NCBI GenBank assembly: GCA_965279525.1
Contig: CBDIIB010000004.1
Location: 736,001 to 800,000 of the forward strand
From: Tagaea sp.
GTDB taxonomy: Bacteria > Pseudomonadota > Alphaproteobacteria > CACIAM-22H2
Direction of reading: 5' to 3'
Length of the DNA stretch: 64,000 nucleotides
Below are positions 10,771-20,644 of the stretch, in pieces. Position 1 is the first letter of the stretch. Each line of letters starts with the position of its first letter. The translations under genes and the position numbers were made by a program. The notes under the pieces were generated by a model. The model was not told the DNA's origin and made no database searches. It worked only from the letters and a program-made list of their open reading frames with translations.

Positions 10771-11280
10771 TCAGTTGCTTGCGGGCCGTTCCGCAAGCGG
10801 CCGGCAAATCGTGTCGGCCGGCAGCCGCGCGATCAGTTCCGCGATCGGCGTTCCGTCGGCGGGATGGCGCCAGCCGGGTGCAAGCTCGGCGAGCGGCAGC
10901 AGCACGAAAGCGCGCGTCGCCATGCGCGGGTGCGGCAGCAGCGGGGCCACGTCGTGGCGCACGGCGCCGTCATGGTCGATGAGGTCGAGATCGAGGGCCC
11001 GCGGCGCGTTGGGCACGCTGCGCACGCGGCCGAACGCGCGCTCGACCGCATGCAGCCGCGCCAGCAGCGCCTCCGGATCCAGCCGCGTTTCCAGGCGGAC
11101 GACGGCATTGGCGTACCAGGGCTGGTCGGACGGCTGCGGCCAGGGCGGGCTTTCATAGATGCGCGAGCGTGCGGCAACGCGCAGGCCGGCCGCGTCGAGT
11201 GCTTCCATCGCGGCGACGAGCGTGCGCGCGGGCGGACCGGCTTCGCTTGGCAGGTTGGCGCCGAGTGCGACGAAGATCAT
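10771..11280 (-). CDS. folK: 6-hydroxymethyl-7,8-dihydropterin pyrophosphokinase
   Basis: VALGANL, NAPRALDLDLI and PHPRMATRAFVLLPL. Confidence 0.95.
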   Translation of the reverse strand: MIFVALGANLPSEAGPPARTLVAAMEALDAAGLRVAARSRIYESPPWPQPSDQPWYANAVVRLETRLDPEALLARLHAVERAFGRVRSVPNAPRALDLDLIDHDGAVRHDVAPLLPHPRMATRAFVLLPLAELAPGWRHPADGTPIAELIARLPADTICRPLAERPASN

Positions 11281-11385
11281 CGACGCACGCCGGCTTGTGC
11301 GGCCCGCGCAAAGGCGATAAGGAACCGGAATTCCATTTTACCGATCGATTGCATCCGGCACGTTATATCCGAAAGGAATTCCACG

Positions 11386-11979
11386 ATGGCCTTCTATCCG
11401 CAGGAGCGTCTGGCGCTCTTCATCGACGGCCCGAACCTCTACAACGCGGCGCGCGCGCTGAATTTCGACATCGACTACCGCCGTCTGCTCCAGCTCTTCC
11501 AGAGCAAGGGCCGGCTGATCCGCGCTTTCTACTACACCGCACTGGCCGAGGATCAGGACTATTCGCCGATCCGCCCGCTCGTCGACTGGCTGGACTACAA
11601 CGGCTTCACGATGGTCACCAAGCCGATGAAGGATTTCACCGACAGCCAGGGCCGCCGGCGCTTCCGCGCCAGCATGGACATCGAGATCGCGGTCGACATG
11701 ATGGACCTTGCCGACAAGCTCGACCATGTCGTGCTGTTCTCCGGCGACGGCAATTTCCGCCGCCTCGTGGAATCCGTGCAGCGGCGCGGCGTGCGCGTGT
11801 CGGTCGTCTCGACGATCCGCACCCAGCCGCCGATGGTCTCGGACGAACTGCGCCGACAGGCCGACATGTTCGTCGACCTGTTCGACCTTGCCCAGCACAT
11901 CCAGCGCGCGACCGGCGAGCGGCGCGAGAACTCGGGCGCTTCCCCCGCCCTGCCGACGACGCCGGCCGAGAACACCTGA
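11386..11979 (+). CDS. NYN-domain (LabA/DUF88) protein
   Basis: LFIDGPNL, MDIEIAVDM, LFSGDGNF and LRRQAD motifs; usual position divergent from folK; AAGGA RBS. Confidence 0.92.
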   Translation: MAFYPQERLALFIDGPNLYNAARALNFDIDYRRLLQLFQSKGRLIRAFYYTALAEDQDYSPIRPLVDWLDYNGFTMVTKPMKDFTDSQGRRRFRASMDIEIAVDMMDLADKLDHVVLFSGDGNFRRLVESVQRRGVRVSVVSTIRTQPPMVSDELRRQADMFVDLFDLAQHIQRATGERRENSGASPALPTTPAENT

Positions 11980-11987
11980 AGCCCCTC

Positions 11988-12635
11988 GTGCTGGAACCCA
12001 CGCGCGACTGTCCGCTCTGCCCGCGCCTCGTGGCGCTGCGCGAGAAGCTGCGCGGTGCCCATCCCGCCTGGCACAACGCGCCTGTTCCCAGCTTCGGCAC
12101 GCGCGAAGCACGCCTGCTCGTCGTCGGTCTCGCCCCCGGCCTCAAGGGTGCCAACCGCACGGGGCGGCCCTTCACGGGCGATTTCGCGGGCGACCTTCTC
12201 TATTCCACGCTCGCCAAGTTCGGACTGGCGCGCGGTACCTACCGCGGCGGGCGCGAGGATGCGGCGTGGGTCCCCGACGATCTGGAACTGACCGGTGCGC
12301 GTCTTGCCAACGCGGTGCGCTGCCTGCCGCCGGAAAACAAGCCGGTTCCGGCCGAGGCCGCCGCGTGCCGGCCATTCCTGCGCGCCGAGATCGAGGCGAT
12401 GGCGAACCTGAAGATCGTGCTGGCGCTGGGCCGCATCGCGCACGACGCCGTGCTGGCCACGCTCGGCCGGCGCGCGTCGTCGGCGAAATTCGCGCATGGC
12501 GCCTTCCACGAACTGCCGGACGGCCGCCTGCTGGCCGACAGCTACCACTGCTCGCGCTACAACACGAACACGCGCCGGCTCACGCCGGAAATGTTCGAAG
12601 CGGTGTTCGGCGCGATCGCGCGAAAGCTGGCGTGA
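11988..12635 (+). CDS. uracil-DNA glycosylase (family 5, UdgB-like)
   Basis: CPLCPRL, GLAPGLKGANRTGRPFTGD, RCLPPENKP and YHCSRYNTNT; GTG start assumed. Confidence 0.92.
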   Translation: MLEPTRDCPLCPRLVALREKLRGAHPAWHNAPVPSFGTREARLLVVGLAPGLKGANRTGRPFTGDFAGDLLYSTLAKFGLARGTYRGGREDAAWVPDDLELTGARLANAVRCLPPENKPVPAEAAACRPFLRAEIEAMANLKIVLALGRIAHDAVLATLGRRASSAKFAHGAFHELPDGRLLADSYHCSRYNTNTRRLTPEMFEAVFGAIARKLA

Positions 12636-12810
12636 GCTTGCGCGCCTGCCAGAAGTTCCACGCCTTTTCGTGGAAGAAATATGCAACGGTATTCACCAAC
12701 GGCTCGACCAGCGCCAGCGCGCTCGAAACCGCCAGGCTGCCGGTGAGCAGGTACGCGACGCCGAACGCGACCGAGAAATGCACCACCGCGAATGTCGCCG
12801 TCTTGACCAT
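12580..12810 (-). CDS. small DUF2061-like membrane protein
   Basis: KTATFAVVHFSVAF...ALVEPLVNTVAYFFHEKAW pattern; AGGAGG RBS. Confidence 0.85.
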   Translation of the reverse strand: MVKTATFAVVHFSVAFGVAYLLTGSLAVSSALALVEPLVNTVAYFFHEKAWNFWQARKLTPAFARSRRTPLRTFPA

Positions 12811-12863
12811 CGGACCCTCCTTGGAATTCGAGACATGCTCGCATTCTCCGGAGGTTTCGTAAA

Positions 12864-12900
12864 ATCGATTGAATTTCAATAAATGATCGATTTAGACGAT
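12864..12900. promoter_or_regulatory. OxyR/LysR-like four-box site upstream of the DUF2061 gene
   Basis: ATCG-N7-TTCA-N7-ATCG-N7-CGAT in an AT-rich island, matching the ATAG-N7-CTAT-N7-ATAG-N7-CTAT spacing. Confidence 0.5.
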
Positions 12901-13440
12901 CATTTCCGGAATGTCGAGATTGTGCAGCGTGAGCGTGCGCCGGCCACCGCGCAGCGGATAGTTGCGCTCGACCGGCCCCTCGGCGCGGAAGCCGAGCTTC
13001 TCGAGCACGCGCACGGACGCTGCATTCCCGGGGAACGTCTCGGCGACCATGCGGCGCACGCCCAGCCGGCGCGCATGCGCGATGCAGGCGTTCCCGGCCT
13101 CCGTCGCGTAGCCGCGCCCGCGGAACGGCGCGCCGATCCAGTAGCCGAAACCGGGCACGCCGTCGCGCGGGCCGCCGAAGCCACTCGTCCCGACGAACGT
13201 GCCGTCGGCGAGGCGGACCGCGAAGACATGGCCGCCAGGTCCGGTGCGAAGTTCGATCCACTCCGTGGCCGCCGGCACCGTCAGCGGCTCGGGCATGTGC
13301 GACAGCATCGAGATCGCGGCAGGGTCGTCACCGAGCAGTTCGGCGAAATGGCGCCCGTCGTCAGGGACAAGCGGACGAAGCCGGAGATTCGGCGTCGCGA
13401 GCAGGGCCGTGTTGGTCGCGTAGAGGAGCGGAACGCGCAT
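12892..13440 (-). CDS. GNAT (RimJ/RimL-like) N-acetyltransferase
   Basis: LRLRPL, GYWIGAPFRGRGYATEA and NAASVRVLEKLGF. Confidence 0.88.
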   Translation of the reverse strand: MRVPLLYATNTALLATPNLRLRPLVPDDGRHFAELLGDDPAAISMLSHMPEPLTVPAATEWIELRTGPGGHVFAVRLADGTFVGTSGFGGPRDGVPGFGYWIGAPFRGRGYATEAGNACIAHARRLGVRRMVAETFPGNAASVRVLEKLGFRAEGPVERNYPLRGGRRTLTLHNLDIPEMIV

Positions 13441-13454
13441 CCGGCGGCCGGCCG

Positions 13455-13928
13455 CTAGCGCCGGGCCGACAACAGCCGCGCCTGGCTGCGCTTCCAGTCG
13501 CGCGTGGCGACGGCCGCGCGCTTGTCGGCCTTCTTGCGGCCCTTGGCGAGGCCGAGTTCGACCTTGGCGATGCCACGCACGTTGAAATAGACCTGCAGGG
13601 GAACCAGCGTCATGCCTTCGCGCGTGACCGAACCGATCAGCTTGTTCATCTCGGTGCGATTGACCAGAAGTTTGCGCGCCCGGCGCGGCTCGTGGTTCTG
13701 GCGGTTGCCGCCGGCATATTCGGGGATATGCGCGTCGATGAGCCACAGCTCGCCGTTGCGCTCGACCGCATGCGCCTCGGCGATGGCCACGCCCGCACCC
13801 GCGCGCAGCGCCTTGACCTCAGTGCCCATCAGCACGAGGCCCGCCTCGAGCGTGCGCTCGATCGTGTAGTCGTGACGCGCCTTGCGGTTGGTCGCGGCGA
13901 CCTTGCGGCCGGTATCCGGTGCTGCCAT
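13455..13928 (-). CDS. smpB: SsrA-binding protein
   Basis: [27 protein letters not shown] and KGRKKADKR. Confidence 0.97.
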   Translation of the reverse strand: MAAPDTGRKVAATNRKARHDYTIERTLEAGLVLMGTEVKALRAGAGVAIAEAHAVERNGELWLIDAHIPEYAGGNRQNHEPRRARKLLVNRTEMNKLIGSVTREGMTLVPLQVYFNVRGIAKVELGLAKGRKKADKRAAVATRDWKRSQARLLSARR

Positions 13929-13949
13929 CGGTGCCGCTGTCGGAACCCC

Positions 13950-14825
13950 CTAGCGCAGGAGCCCCGCCCCCTTCATCGCCGCGCGGACCCGCTCCTTGGT
14001 CTCGGAGGTGATCGGGCCGAGCGGCAGGCGCACCTCGTCGGTGCAAATACCCATCAAGGAGGCGGCATACTTGACCGGACCCGGGCTCGTCTCGGCGAAC
14101 AAGGCCTTGTGCAGCGGCATCAGCGTGTCCTGCAGCTTGAGGGCGGCCTTGCCGTCGCCCTTCAGCGAGGCGGCCTGCATGCGCGCGACCATCTTGGGCG
14201 CGATGTTCCCGGTGACCGAGATGCAGCCCGAGCCGCCCGTCGCGTTGAAGGCGAGCGCCGTGCCGTCGTCGCCGTCGAGCTGGACGAAATCGGCGCCGCA
14301 GGCGAGCCGCTGCAGGCCCGGACGCGTCAGATCGCCGGTGGCATCCTTGACGCCGACGATGTTCTTGATCTGCGCCAGCCGCCCCATTGTCTCGACCGAC
14401 ATGTCAACAGCACAGCGGCCGGGGATGTTGTAGATGTAGATCGGGATCTTGACCGACTTCGCGATCGCCGCGTAGTGGCGGTAGAGGCCTTCCTGCGTCG
14501 GCCTGTTGTAATAGGGCGTCACGACGAGGGCGGCATCGCAGCCGGTCTGTTCGGCATGGCGCGTGAGGCTGATCGCCTCGTCGGTCGAGTTCGAGCCGGT
14601 ACCGGCCATCACCGGCACGCGGCCCTTGGCGGCGGCAACGCACATCTCGATGACGGCTTCGTGTTCCTCGTGGCTCAATGTCGGCGATTCGCCGGTCGTG
14701 CCGCACGGGACGAGCCCGTTCGTGCCCTGCGCGATCTGCCAGGCGACGAATTTCTTGAACGCCGGCTCGTCCACCTGTCCGTTGCGAAACGGCGTGATGA
14801 GGGCGACGAACGATCCCTTGAACAT
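13950..14825 (-). CDS. dapA: 4-hydroxy-tetrahydrodipicolinate synthase
   Basis: GTTGESPTL, TPYYNRP, YNIPGR and GVKDATG. Confidence 0.96.
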   Translation of the reverse strand: MFKGSFVALITPFRNGQVDEPAFKKFVAWQIAQGTNGLVPCGTTGESPTLSHEEHEAVIEMCVAAAKGRVPVMAGTGSNSTDEAISLTRHAEQTGCDAALVVTPYYNRPTQEGLYRHYAAIAKSVKIPIYIYNIPGRCAVDMSVETMGRLAQIKNIVGVKDATGDLTRPGLQRLACGADFVQLDGDDGTALAFNATGGSGCISVTGNIAPKMVARMQAASLKGDGKAALKLQDTLMPLHKALFAETSPGPVKYAASLMGICTDEVRLPLGPITSETKERVRAAMKGAGLLR

Positions 14826-14944
14826 GGGGAGGTCTCTCCGGACGGTTTCTGGTTGTCGGGCCGGGAACTTAGACCCGCAAGCCGCGCCACGCAACACGCA
14901 CCTCGCGCCTTGCGCCGGGGGGCCGGGCGGTCTTAACTCGTGGA

Positions 14945-17104
14945 ATGACTTCCAGGACCCGATTCGCGCTGGCCCTCGCCTGGGCCGCATTGACGCTGAC
15001 TGCCTGCACGCGCGGCGATGCGGCTGCCATCCCGGGCGATTCCGGTGCCGCGTCGAAGGCCGAAGCGAACGGCGCCGAGGTCGAACAGGTCGCGGCTGCC
15101 GTCGAGACGGGCGAGATCCGGCTGGCCCAGGCGCGCACGAGCGGGACCCAGTCGGCAGCGATATCGACGGCCGCCCGGTCGATCCCGCCCCTCGGACCGC
15201 CGGTGCTCAACGCCCAGCAGCGCGAGATCTACACGCAGGTTTTCGCGGCCGTCGAAGCGGGGCGCTGGGAAGCGGCGCGCACGCTGCTGGCCCGCGGCAA
15301 CCATCCGGTCGCCAACAAGCTTTTCCGGTGGCTCGAACTGCAGTTGCCGCGCTCGGGCGTGGCGTTCGAGGACATCGTCCAGTTCGTCGACCAGAACCCG
15401 GACTGGCCGGCCCTCGACACGATCTCGCGCCGCGCGGAAGAAGCACTGCTCGACCGGCCGGCGAACGACACGCTCGTCCTGGCCTGGTTCGGCACCCGCA
15501 ACCCGCTCACGCCGGACGGTGCCATGCGCTATGCCGACGCGCTCGCGGCGTCGGGCGACCGGGCGCGCGCCCAGCAGGTCATCCGCGACCATTGGGTCTC
15601 GGGCACGTTCAACGAAGTCCAGCACAAGCGCTGGATGGAACGCTATCGCAGCCAGTTCACGCCGGACCTTCACTGGACCAAACTCGACCGCCTGCTGTGG
15701 GAAGGCAAGATCGAGGAGGCGCGGCGCATCTTCCCGCTCGTCAGCCCCGAACGGCGCACGCTTGCCGACGCGCGCCTGCGCATCCGCTCGGGCGGCAACG
15801 CCGAGGCGCAGAGCCGCCGCGTGCCCGAATCCCTGCGCGACGATTCCGGCCTGCTGTACGAACGCGTGCGCGCCCAGCGCAAGGCCAACCGAGACGCGAC
15901 GGCGCGCGACATCCTGCGTGCCCTGCCACGCGACATCTCCAAGCCCGATCTCTGGTGGGGCGAGCGCGGCACGCTTGCGCGCCGCTCGATCGTCGCCGGC
16001 GACGCGGGCGAGGCCTATCGCCTGGCATCCGAACACCGGATGACGCCGGCCAACGGCGCCAACTTCCTCGAAGCTGAATTCCTTGCGGGCTGGGTCGCAC
16101 TTCGCCGGATGAACAAGCCGGCCGACGCCCTCGCGCATTTCGAAAAGGTGCACGAGACCGCCCGCTTCCCCGTATCGCGCGCACGTGGCGCCTACTGGTC
16201 GGGCCGCGCGTTCGAAGCGCAGGGCAATGCCGACAAGGCGCGCGAATGGTACGTGCGCGCGGCGTCCTACCACACGACCTACTACGGTCAGCTCGCCAAC
16301 GGCCGGCTCGCCGGCGCCGCGCGCCAGTCGTGGCCGGCCGCGATCGTGCCGACGGCCGAAGACCGCCGTGCCTTCGAGCGCAGCGAGGCGGTGCAGGCCG
16401 CGCGCATCCTGATCGAGACGCGCGAGAAGCCCGAACGCGCGCGCCCGTTCCTCGTGCGCCTTGCCAATGTCGCGCGCACGCCGGCCCAGCACGCGCTGGT
16501 CTCCGAGTTCGCGCACCAGCTCGGCCGCAACGACCTCGCGGTCATCGTCTCGAAGCGTTCGGCGCAGGTCGCCGGCGTGCAGCTCCACGATCTGGGCTGG
16601 CCGACGATGCCGATCGCCGGCGACAAGCCGGAACGCGCACTCACCTACGCGATCATCCGCCAGGAAAGCCAGTTCGAGCCGGAGGCCGTCAGCCGTGCGG
16701 GTGCGCGCGGCCTGATGCAGCTGATGCCCGCGACGGCGCGCGCGGTCGCCAAGTCCGACGGCCAGAATGCCCATAGCGAAGCGAAGCTGTTCGAGCCGGC
16801 GTACAACGTCCGCCTCGGGCGCGCATATCTGGCGTCGCTCATCGACGATTTCAACGGCTCGTACGTGCTGGCGATCGCCGGGTACAACGCCGGCCCCGGC
16901 CGGTCGCGCGAATGGATGCGCAATTTCGGCGATCCGCGATCGCCGGAAGTCGATGTCGTCGACTGGGTCGAGATGATCCCGTTCGAGGAGACGCGCACCT
17001 ATGTCCAGCGCGTCATGGAAAACCTGCATGTCTACCGCCGCAACCTGCAGCCCACGCAGATGGCGGTCGACATCGAACGGGATCTGCGGCGCGGCCGGAA
17101 CTGA
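14945..17104 (+). CDS. soluble lytic transglycosylase (Slt70-like)
   Basis: signal peptide or lipobox, helical repeats, IIRQESQF, GLMQLMP, GYNAGPG and ETRTYV. Confidence 0.93.
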   Translation: MTSRTRFALALAWAALTLTACTRGDAAAIPGDSGAASKAEANGAEVEQVAAAVETGEIRLAQARTSGTQSAAISTAARSIPPLGPPVLNAQQREIYTQVFAAVEAGRWEAARTLLARGNHPVANKLFRWLELQLPRSGVAFEDIVQFVDQNPDWPALDTISRRAEEALLDRPANDTLVLAWFGTRNPLTPDGAMRYADALAASGDRARAQQVIRDHWVSGTFNEVQHKRWMERYRSQFTPDLHWTKLDRLLWEGKIEEARRIFPLVSPERRTLADARLRIRSGGNAEAQSRRVPESLRDDSGLLYERVRAQRKANRDATARDILRALPRDISKPDLWWGERGTLARRSIVAGDAGEAYRLASEHRMTPANGANFLEAEFLAGWVALRRMNKPADALAHFEKVHETARFPVSRARGAYWSGRAFEAQGNADKAREWYVRAASYHTTYYGQLANGRLAGAARQSWPAAIVPTAEDRRAFERSEAVQAARILIETREKPERARPFLVRLANVARTPAQHALVSEFAHQLGRNDLAVIVSKRSAQVAGVQLHDLGWPTMPIAGDKPERALTYAIIRQESQFEPEAVSRAGARGLMQLMPATARAVAKSDGQNAHSEAKLFEPAYNVRLGRAYLASLIDDFNGSYVLAIAGYNAGPGRSREWMRNFGDPRSPEVDVVDWVEMIPFEETRTYVQRVMENLHVYRRNLQPTQMAVDIERDLRRGRN

Positions 17105-17105
17105 C

Positions 17106-17633
17106 ATGGCTTTCACGGTGCGACCTGTACGGGCCGACGACGGTCCGATCCTCGCGGACCTGCACGTGCGCAGCTGGCGCAGCGCCTATCGCGGCATCCT
17201 GTCGGACGCGTTCCTCGAAAGCGGCGTGGTCGAGGAACGCCGGGCCGTCTGGTCCGCGCGGATGGCGGCATGGAACCCGGCGCGCAGCTTCGCCGAGATC
17301 GCCGAGATCGACGGCGTGCCCTGCGGGTTCGTGTGCGTGATGCGCGACATCGGACCCGAGCACGGCGTGCTGCTCGACAACCTCCACGTCCTGCCCGGCG
17401 ATCGCGGCGGCGGCATCGGCCGGCGCCTGCTGGCCGATGCCGCGCGCTGGGTCGCCGACCGGTGCCCGGGCTCGCCGATGTACCTGACGGTCTATTTCGC
17501 GAACGAGAACGCGTGCGCGTTCTACCGCCGGATGGGCGGCATCGCATCCGAGCCCTACGACGAGCGCGAACATGACGGCCGCACGCACCGCGTCCTGCGC
17601 TTCGTCTGGCCGAAGCCCGAAACGGTCCGATGA
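17106..17633 (+). CDS. GNAT N-acetyltransferase
   Basis: LHVRSWRSAYRG, LHVLPGDRGGGIGRRL and NENACAFYRRMGG. Confidence 0.88.
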   Translation: MAFTVRPVRADDGPILADLHVRSWRSAYRGILSDAFLESGVVEERRAVWSARMAAWNPARSFAEIAEIDGVPCGFVCVMRDIGPEHGVLLDNLHVLPGDRGGGIGRRLLADAARWVADRCPGSPMYLTVYFANENACAFYRRMGGIASEPYDEREHDGRTHRVLRFVWPKPETVR

Positions 17634-18289
17634 GCGCCGCTCTCGTCATCTTCGACATGGACGGCGTGCTCGTCGATTCCGAGCGCATCGCCAACCGGAT
17701 CCTGCACGAGGACCTGCGCGCGGCCGGCGTCGACCTGACGCTCGAGGAATCGACCCGCAGCTTCGTCGGCCGCAAGGCCGGCTGGACGGTCGCGAACGTG
17801 CGCGAACGCTGGGGCATCGTGCTGCCGGCCGATTTCGAGAAGCGCCTGCGCGAGCGCACGCTTGCGGCCTATGACGGCGAACTGCGTGCGGTCGACGGCA
17901 TCGAGGCGGCCCTCGACGCGCTCGCCCTGCCCTATTGCCTCGCCTCGTCGAGCGACCCCACGCGCATCGACAAGAGCCTGTCGCTGTGCGGCCTTTCGGC
18001 GCGCTTCGAGGGGCGTACGTTCAGCGCCACGCAAGTGAAGCACGGCAAGCCCGCTCCCGACCTGTTCCTGTTCGCGGCCGAACGGATGGGTGTGGGGCCT
18101 GCGCGCTGCGTCGTCGTCGAGGATACGCTCGTGGGGCTTGCGGCCGCGAAGGCGGCCGGAATGCCGGCCTTCGCCTATGCCGGGGCCGGCCACACCGCGC
18201 GCGGCGAACTTGCCGCGACGGGTGCGACCGTCTTCGACCGGATGGCCGAACTGCCGGCCCTGCTCACTCTTTCGCGAGCAGGTGGATGA
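17630..18289 (+). CDS. HAD-superfamily hydrolase (IA)
   Basis: FDMDGVLVDS, KPAPDLF and VVEDT. Confidence 0.92.
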   Translation: MSAALVIFDMDGVLVDSERIANRILHEDLRAAGVDLTLEESTRSFVGRKAGWTVANVRERWGIVLPADFEKRLRERTLAAYDGELRAVDGIEAALDALALPYCLASSSDPTRIDKSLSLCGLSARFEGRTFSATQVKHGKPAPDLFLFAAERMGVGPARCVVVEDTLVGLAAAKAAGMPAFAYAGAGHTARGELAATGATVFDRMAELPALLTLSRAGG

Positions 18290-19133
18290 GCGAGGACGTG
18301 TCCCAGCGCCCGCCGCCGCGCGCCTGCACGGTCGCGTAGAACTGGTCGACGAGCGCGATCACCGGCAGGCGGGCCTTGTTGTTCTTCGCCTCGTCGAGGC
18401 AGATCGCCAGGTCCTTGCGCATCCAGTCGACCGCGAAGCCGAAATCGAACTTGCCCTGCACCATCGTCTTGGCGCGGTTTTCCATCTGCCACGAGCCGGC
18501 GGCACCCTTGGTGATGACCGACAGCACCTTGTCGGTGTCGAGGCCGGCCTTGACCGCGAAGTTCATGCCTTCCGACAGGCCCTGCAGGAGCCCGGCGATG
18601 CAGATCTGGTTGACCATCTTGGTGAGCTGGCCCGCACCGGCCGGCCCCATGTGGGTCAGCGCCTTGGCGTAGATCTTCAGGACAGGCTCTGCCGTGGCGA
18701 ACGTGGGATCGGCGCCGCCGACCATGATGCCGAGCTGGCCGTTCTCGGCGCCGGCCTGCCCGCCCGACACGGGCGCGTCGAGGAAGCCCACGCCCTTTTC
18801 CGCCGCCGCCTTCTCGATCTCGCGCGCGACGGCCGCCGATGCGGTCGTGTGGTCGACGAGGATTGTGCCCGCCTTCATGCCGGCGAGTGCGCCGTCCTTG
18901 CCGTAGACGACCGAGCGCAGGTCGTCGTCGTTGCCAACGCAGGTCAGCACGATATCGGCACCCTGTGCGGCAAGAGCGGGCGTGGCGGCACTGGTGCCGC
19001 CGTGCTTGGCCACCCACGCCTCGGCCTTCTTGGCGTTGCGGTTATAGACGGTGACGGCGTGGCCGGCCTTCTGAAGATGGCCCGCCATCGGAAAACCCAT
19101 CACGCCCAGTCCCAGGAATGCCAGCTTGGCCAT
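18264..19133 (-). CDS. NAD(P)-dependent beta-hydroxyacid dehydrogenase (3-hydroxyisobutyrate/tartronate semialdehyde reductase family)
   Basis: FLGLGVMG, DAPVSGG, KMVNQ and KDL motifs. Confidence 0.92.
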   Translation of the reverse strand: MAKLAFLGLGVMGFPMAGHLQKAGHAVTVYNRNAKKAEAWVAKHGGTSAATPALAAQGADIVLTCVGNDDDLRSVVYGKDGALAGMKAGTILVDHTTASAAVAREIEKAAAEKGVGFLDAPVSGGQAGAENGQLGIMVGGADPTFATAEPVLKIYAKALTHMGPAGAGQLTKMVNQICIAGLLQGLSEGMNFAVKAGLDTDKVLSVITKGAAGSWQMENRAKTMVQGKFDFGFAVDWMRKDLAICLDEAKNNKARLPVIALVDQFYATVQARGGGRWDTSSLIHLLAKE

Positions 19134-19193
19134 CGTCGAAACCCTCCCTCGGCACGCCGTGAATTCGGCGCGCGCAAATCGCCGGAACTTTTC

Positions 19194-19319
19194 TCAAAGA
19201 CAGGCGAAGAACGCAAGGTCGAGGAGGATCGCAGGTCCCCTGGTCGCCCACAGCCACACGGCCCCCAGGAACACCGCCCCGGTCCCGGCGATCACGCCGA
19301 TCTGGGTCGGGGTTCCCAT
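19194..19319 (-). CDS. 41-aa hydrophobic small protein
   Basis: MGTPTQIGVIAGTGAVFLGAVWLWATRGPAILLDLAFFACL fills the gap between two co-oriented genes. Confidence 0.55.
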   Translation of the reverse strand: MGTPTQIGVIAGTGAVFLGAVWLWATRGPAILLDLAFFACL

Positions 19320-19324
19320 GTGAC

Positions 19325-20530
19325 TCAGGCCCCGGCCGGCGCCGTCAGTCGCGCCTGCGGGGCATCGCGCAGCGGCCAATGGAGGGCCGCCGCGATGAAC
19401 CCGGTTACGACGCACAGGCCCCAGACGATGTCGTAGGACCCGTAGAGGTCGAAGACCTTGCCGCCGAGCCAGGCGCCCATGAAGCTGCCGATCTGGTGCG
19501 AGAAGAAGACGATCCCGTAGAGCGTCGAGATATAGGTCGTACCGAAGATCTGCCCGACGAGGCCCGAGGTCAGCGGCACGGTCGACAGCCACAGGAGGCC
19601 GAGCGCCGCGGCAAAGACCAGCACGCTCGCCTCGCTGATCGGCGTCAGCAGGAACACGATGAACACGACCGAGCGGCCGATATAGATGCCGGCCAGCAGG
19701 TACTTCTTCCGCCGGGTCTGGCCGAGCATGCCGGCCGTATAGGTGCCGATGATGTTGAACAGCCCGACAAGCGCCAGTGCCCACGCACCGACCCAGCCCG
19801 GCAGGCCCTTGTCGGCGACGTAAGCCGGCAGGTGGACGCCGACGAACACGACCTGGAAGCCGCAGACGAAGAAGCCGATCGTCAGCAGCCAGAAACCCGA
19901 ATGGCCGAACGCTTCCTTGAGGGCGGCGCGCAGCGTCTGCTGCGACTGGGCACTGGCCGGCGCCGCGAGCCCGCGCAGGCCGAGCGCCAGCGGCAGGATC
20001 GACAGCGCCGTGACCGCAAGCACGAACAGCGCGCCGCGCCAGCCGAGCGCGTCGAGGAAGAGCTGGCCATAGGGCAGGAAGGCGAACTGGCCGAACGACC
20101 CGCCCGCCGCGACGATGCCGAGCGCCATCGAGCGCTTTTCCGGCGGTGCGGCGCGGCCGACGGCCCCAAGAATGATCGAGAACCCGGCACCGGCCATCGC
20201 GAGGCCCTGAAGCACGTTGCCAAGGATGATCAGCGAGCCGTCCGTGGCGGCCGACAGGCCCCAGAAGCCGCCCGCATAGAGCAGGCCGCCGACAAGGATC
20301 GCGCGCGAGGTGCCGAACTTGTCGGCGATGGCGCCGGCGAACGGACCGGCGGCCCCCCACAGCAGGTTCGAGATCGCCAGGCCGAACGCGAGCACCTCGC
20401 GTCCCGTCCCCAGTTCGATCGTCATCGGCTTCATGAACAGGCCGAGCGTGTTGCGCAGCCCCATCATCACGGTCAGCACGAGCGATCCGCATATCAGGAT
20501 CGTCAGATAGCTGCTCTTGCGTTCTTCCAT
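19325..20530 (-). CDS. MFS transporter
   Basis: about 12 TM segments, GAIADKFG motif A, FFVCGFQ and HQIGSF. Confidence 0.92.
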   Translation of the reverse strand: MEERKSSYLTILICGSLVLTVMMGLRNTLGLFMKPMTIELGTGREVLAFGLAISNLLWGAAGPFAGAIADKFGTSRAILVGGLLYAGGFWGLSAATDGSLIILGNVLQGLAMAGAGFSIILGAVGRAAPPEKRSMALGIVAAGGSFGQFAFLPYGQLFLDALGWRGALFVLAVTALSILPLALGLRGLAAPASAQSQQTLRAALKEAFGHSGFWLLTIGFFVCGFQVVFVGVHLPAYVADKGLPGWVGAWALALVGLFNIIGTYTAGMLGQTRRKKYLLAGIYIGRSVVFIVFLLTPISEASVLVFAAALGLLWLSTVPLTSGLVGQIFGTTYISTLYGIVFFSHQIGSFMGAWLGGKVFDLYGSYDIVWGLCVVTGFIAAALHWPLRDAPQARLTAPAGA

Positions 20531-20644
20531 GGGATGTTCCTTTGCGGGCAGGCGGCGATTGTCTCGCGGAACTTCGCGCACCCGCAAGCCGAACATTGTC
20601 GCCTTACGCGCCAGGCCGGCAGACCTGCCATGCAACCGGGTCGT

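Noticed and set aside
11361-11368. CGTTATAT ModE-like half-site before the NYN gene
   Set aside because: No second half-site at the right spacing; more likely a -10 element
8047-11979. 1310-aa + strand ORF, and similar long ORFs such as 31199-34336 and 46612-48492
   Set aside because: Shadow frames antisense to real genes in high-GC DNA; only the last 197 codons of the first (NYN protein) are a real gene
11386-12635. NYN nuclease plus UDG as an anti-phage system
   Set aside because: This is the ordinary alphaproteobacterial folK/NYN/udg/smpB neighbourhood with no defence-island features
13455-13928. tmRNA gene or integration site next to smpB
   Set aside because: The flanks are fully occupied by coding genes; no ssrA- or tRNA-like sequence was seen
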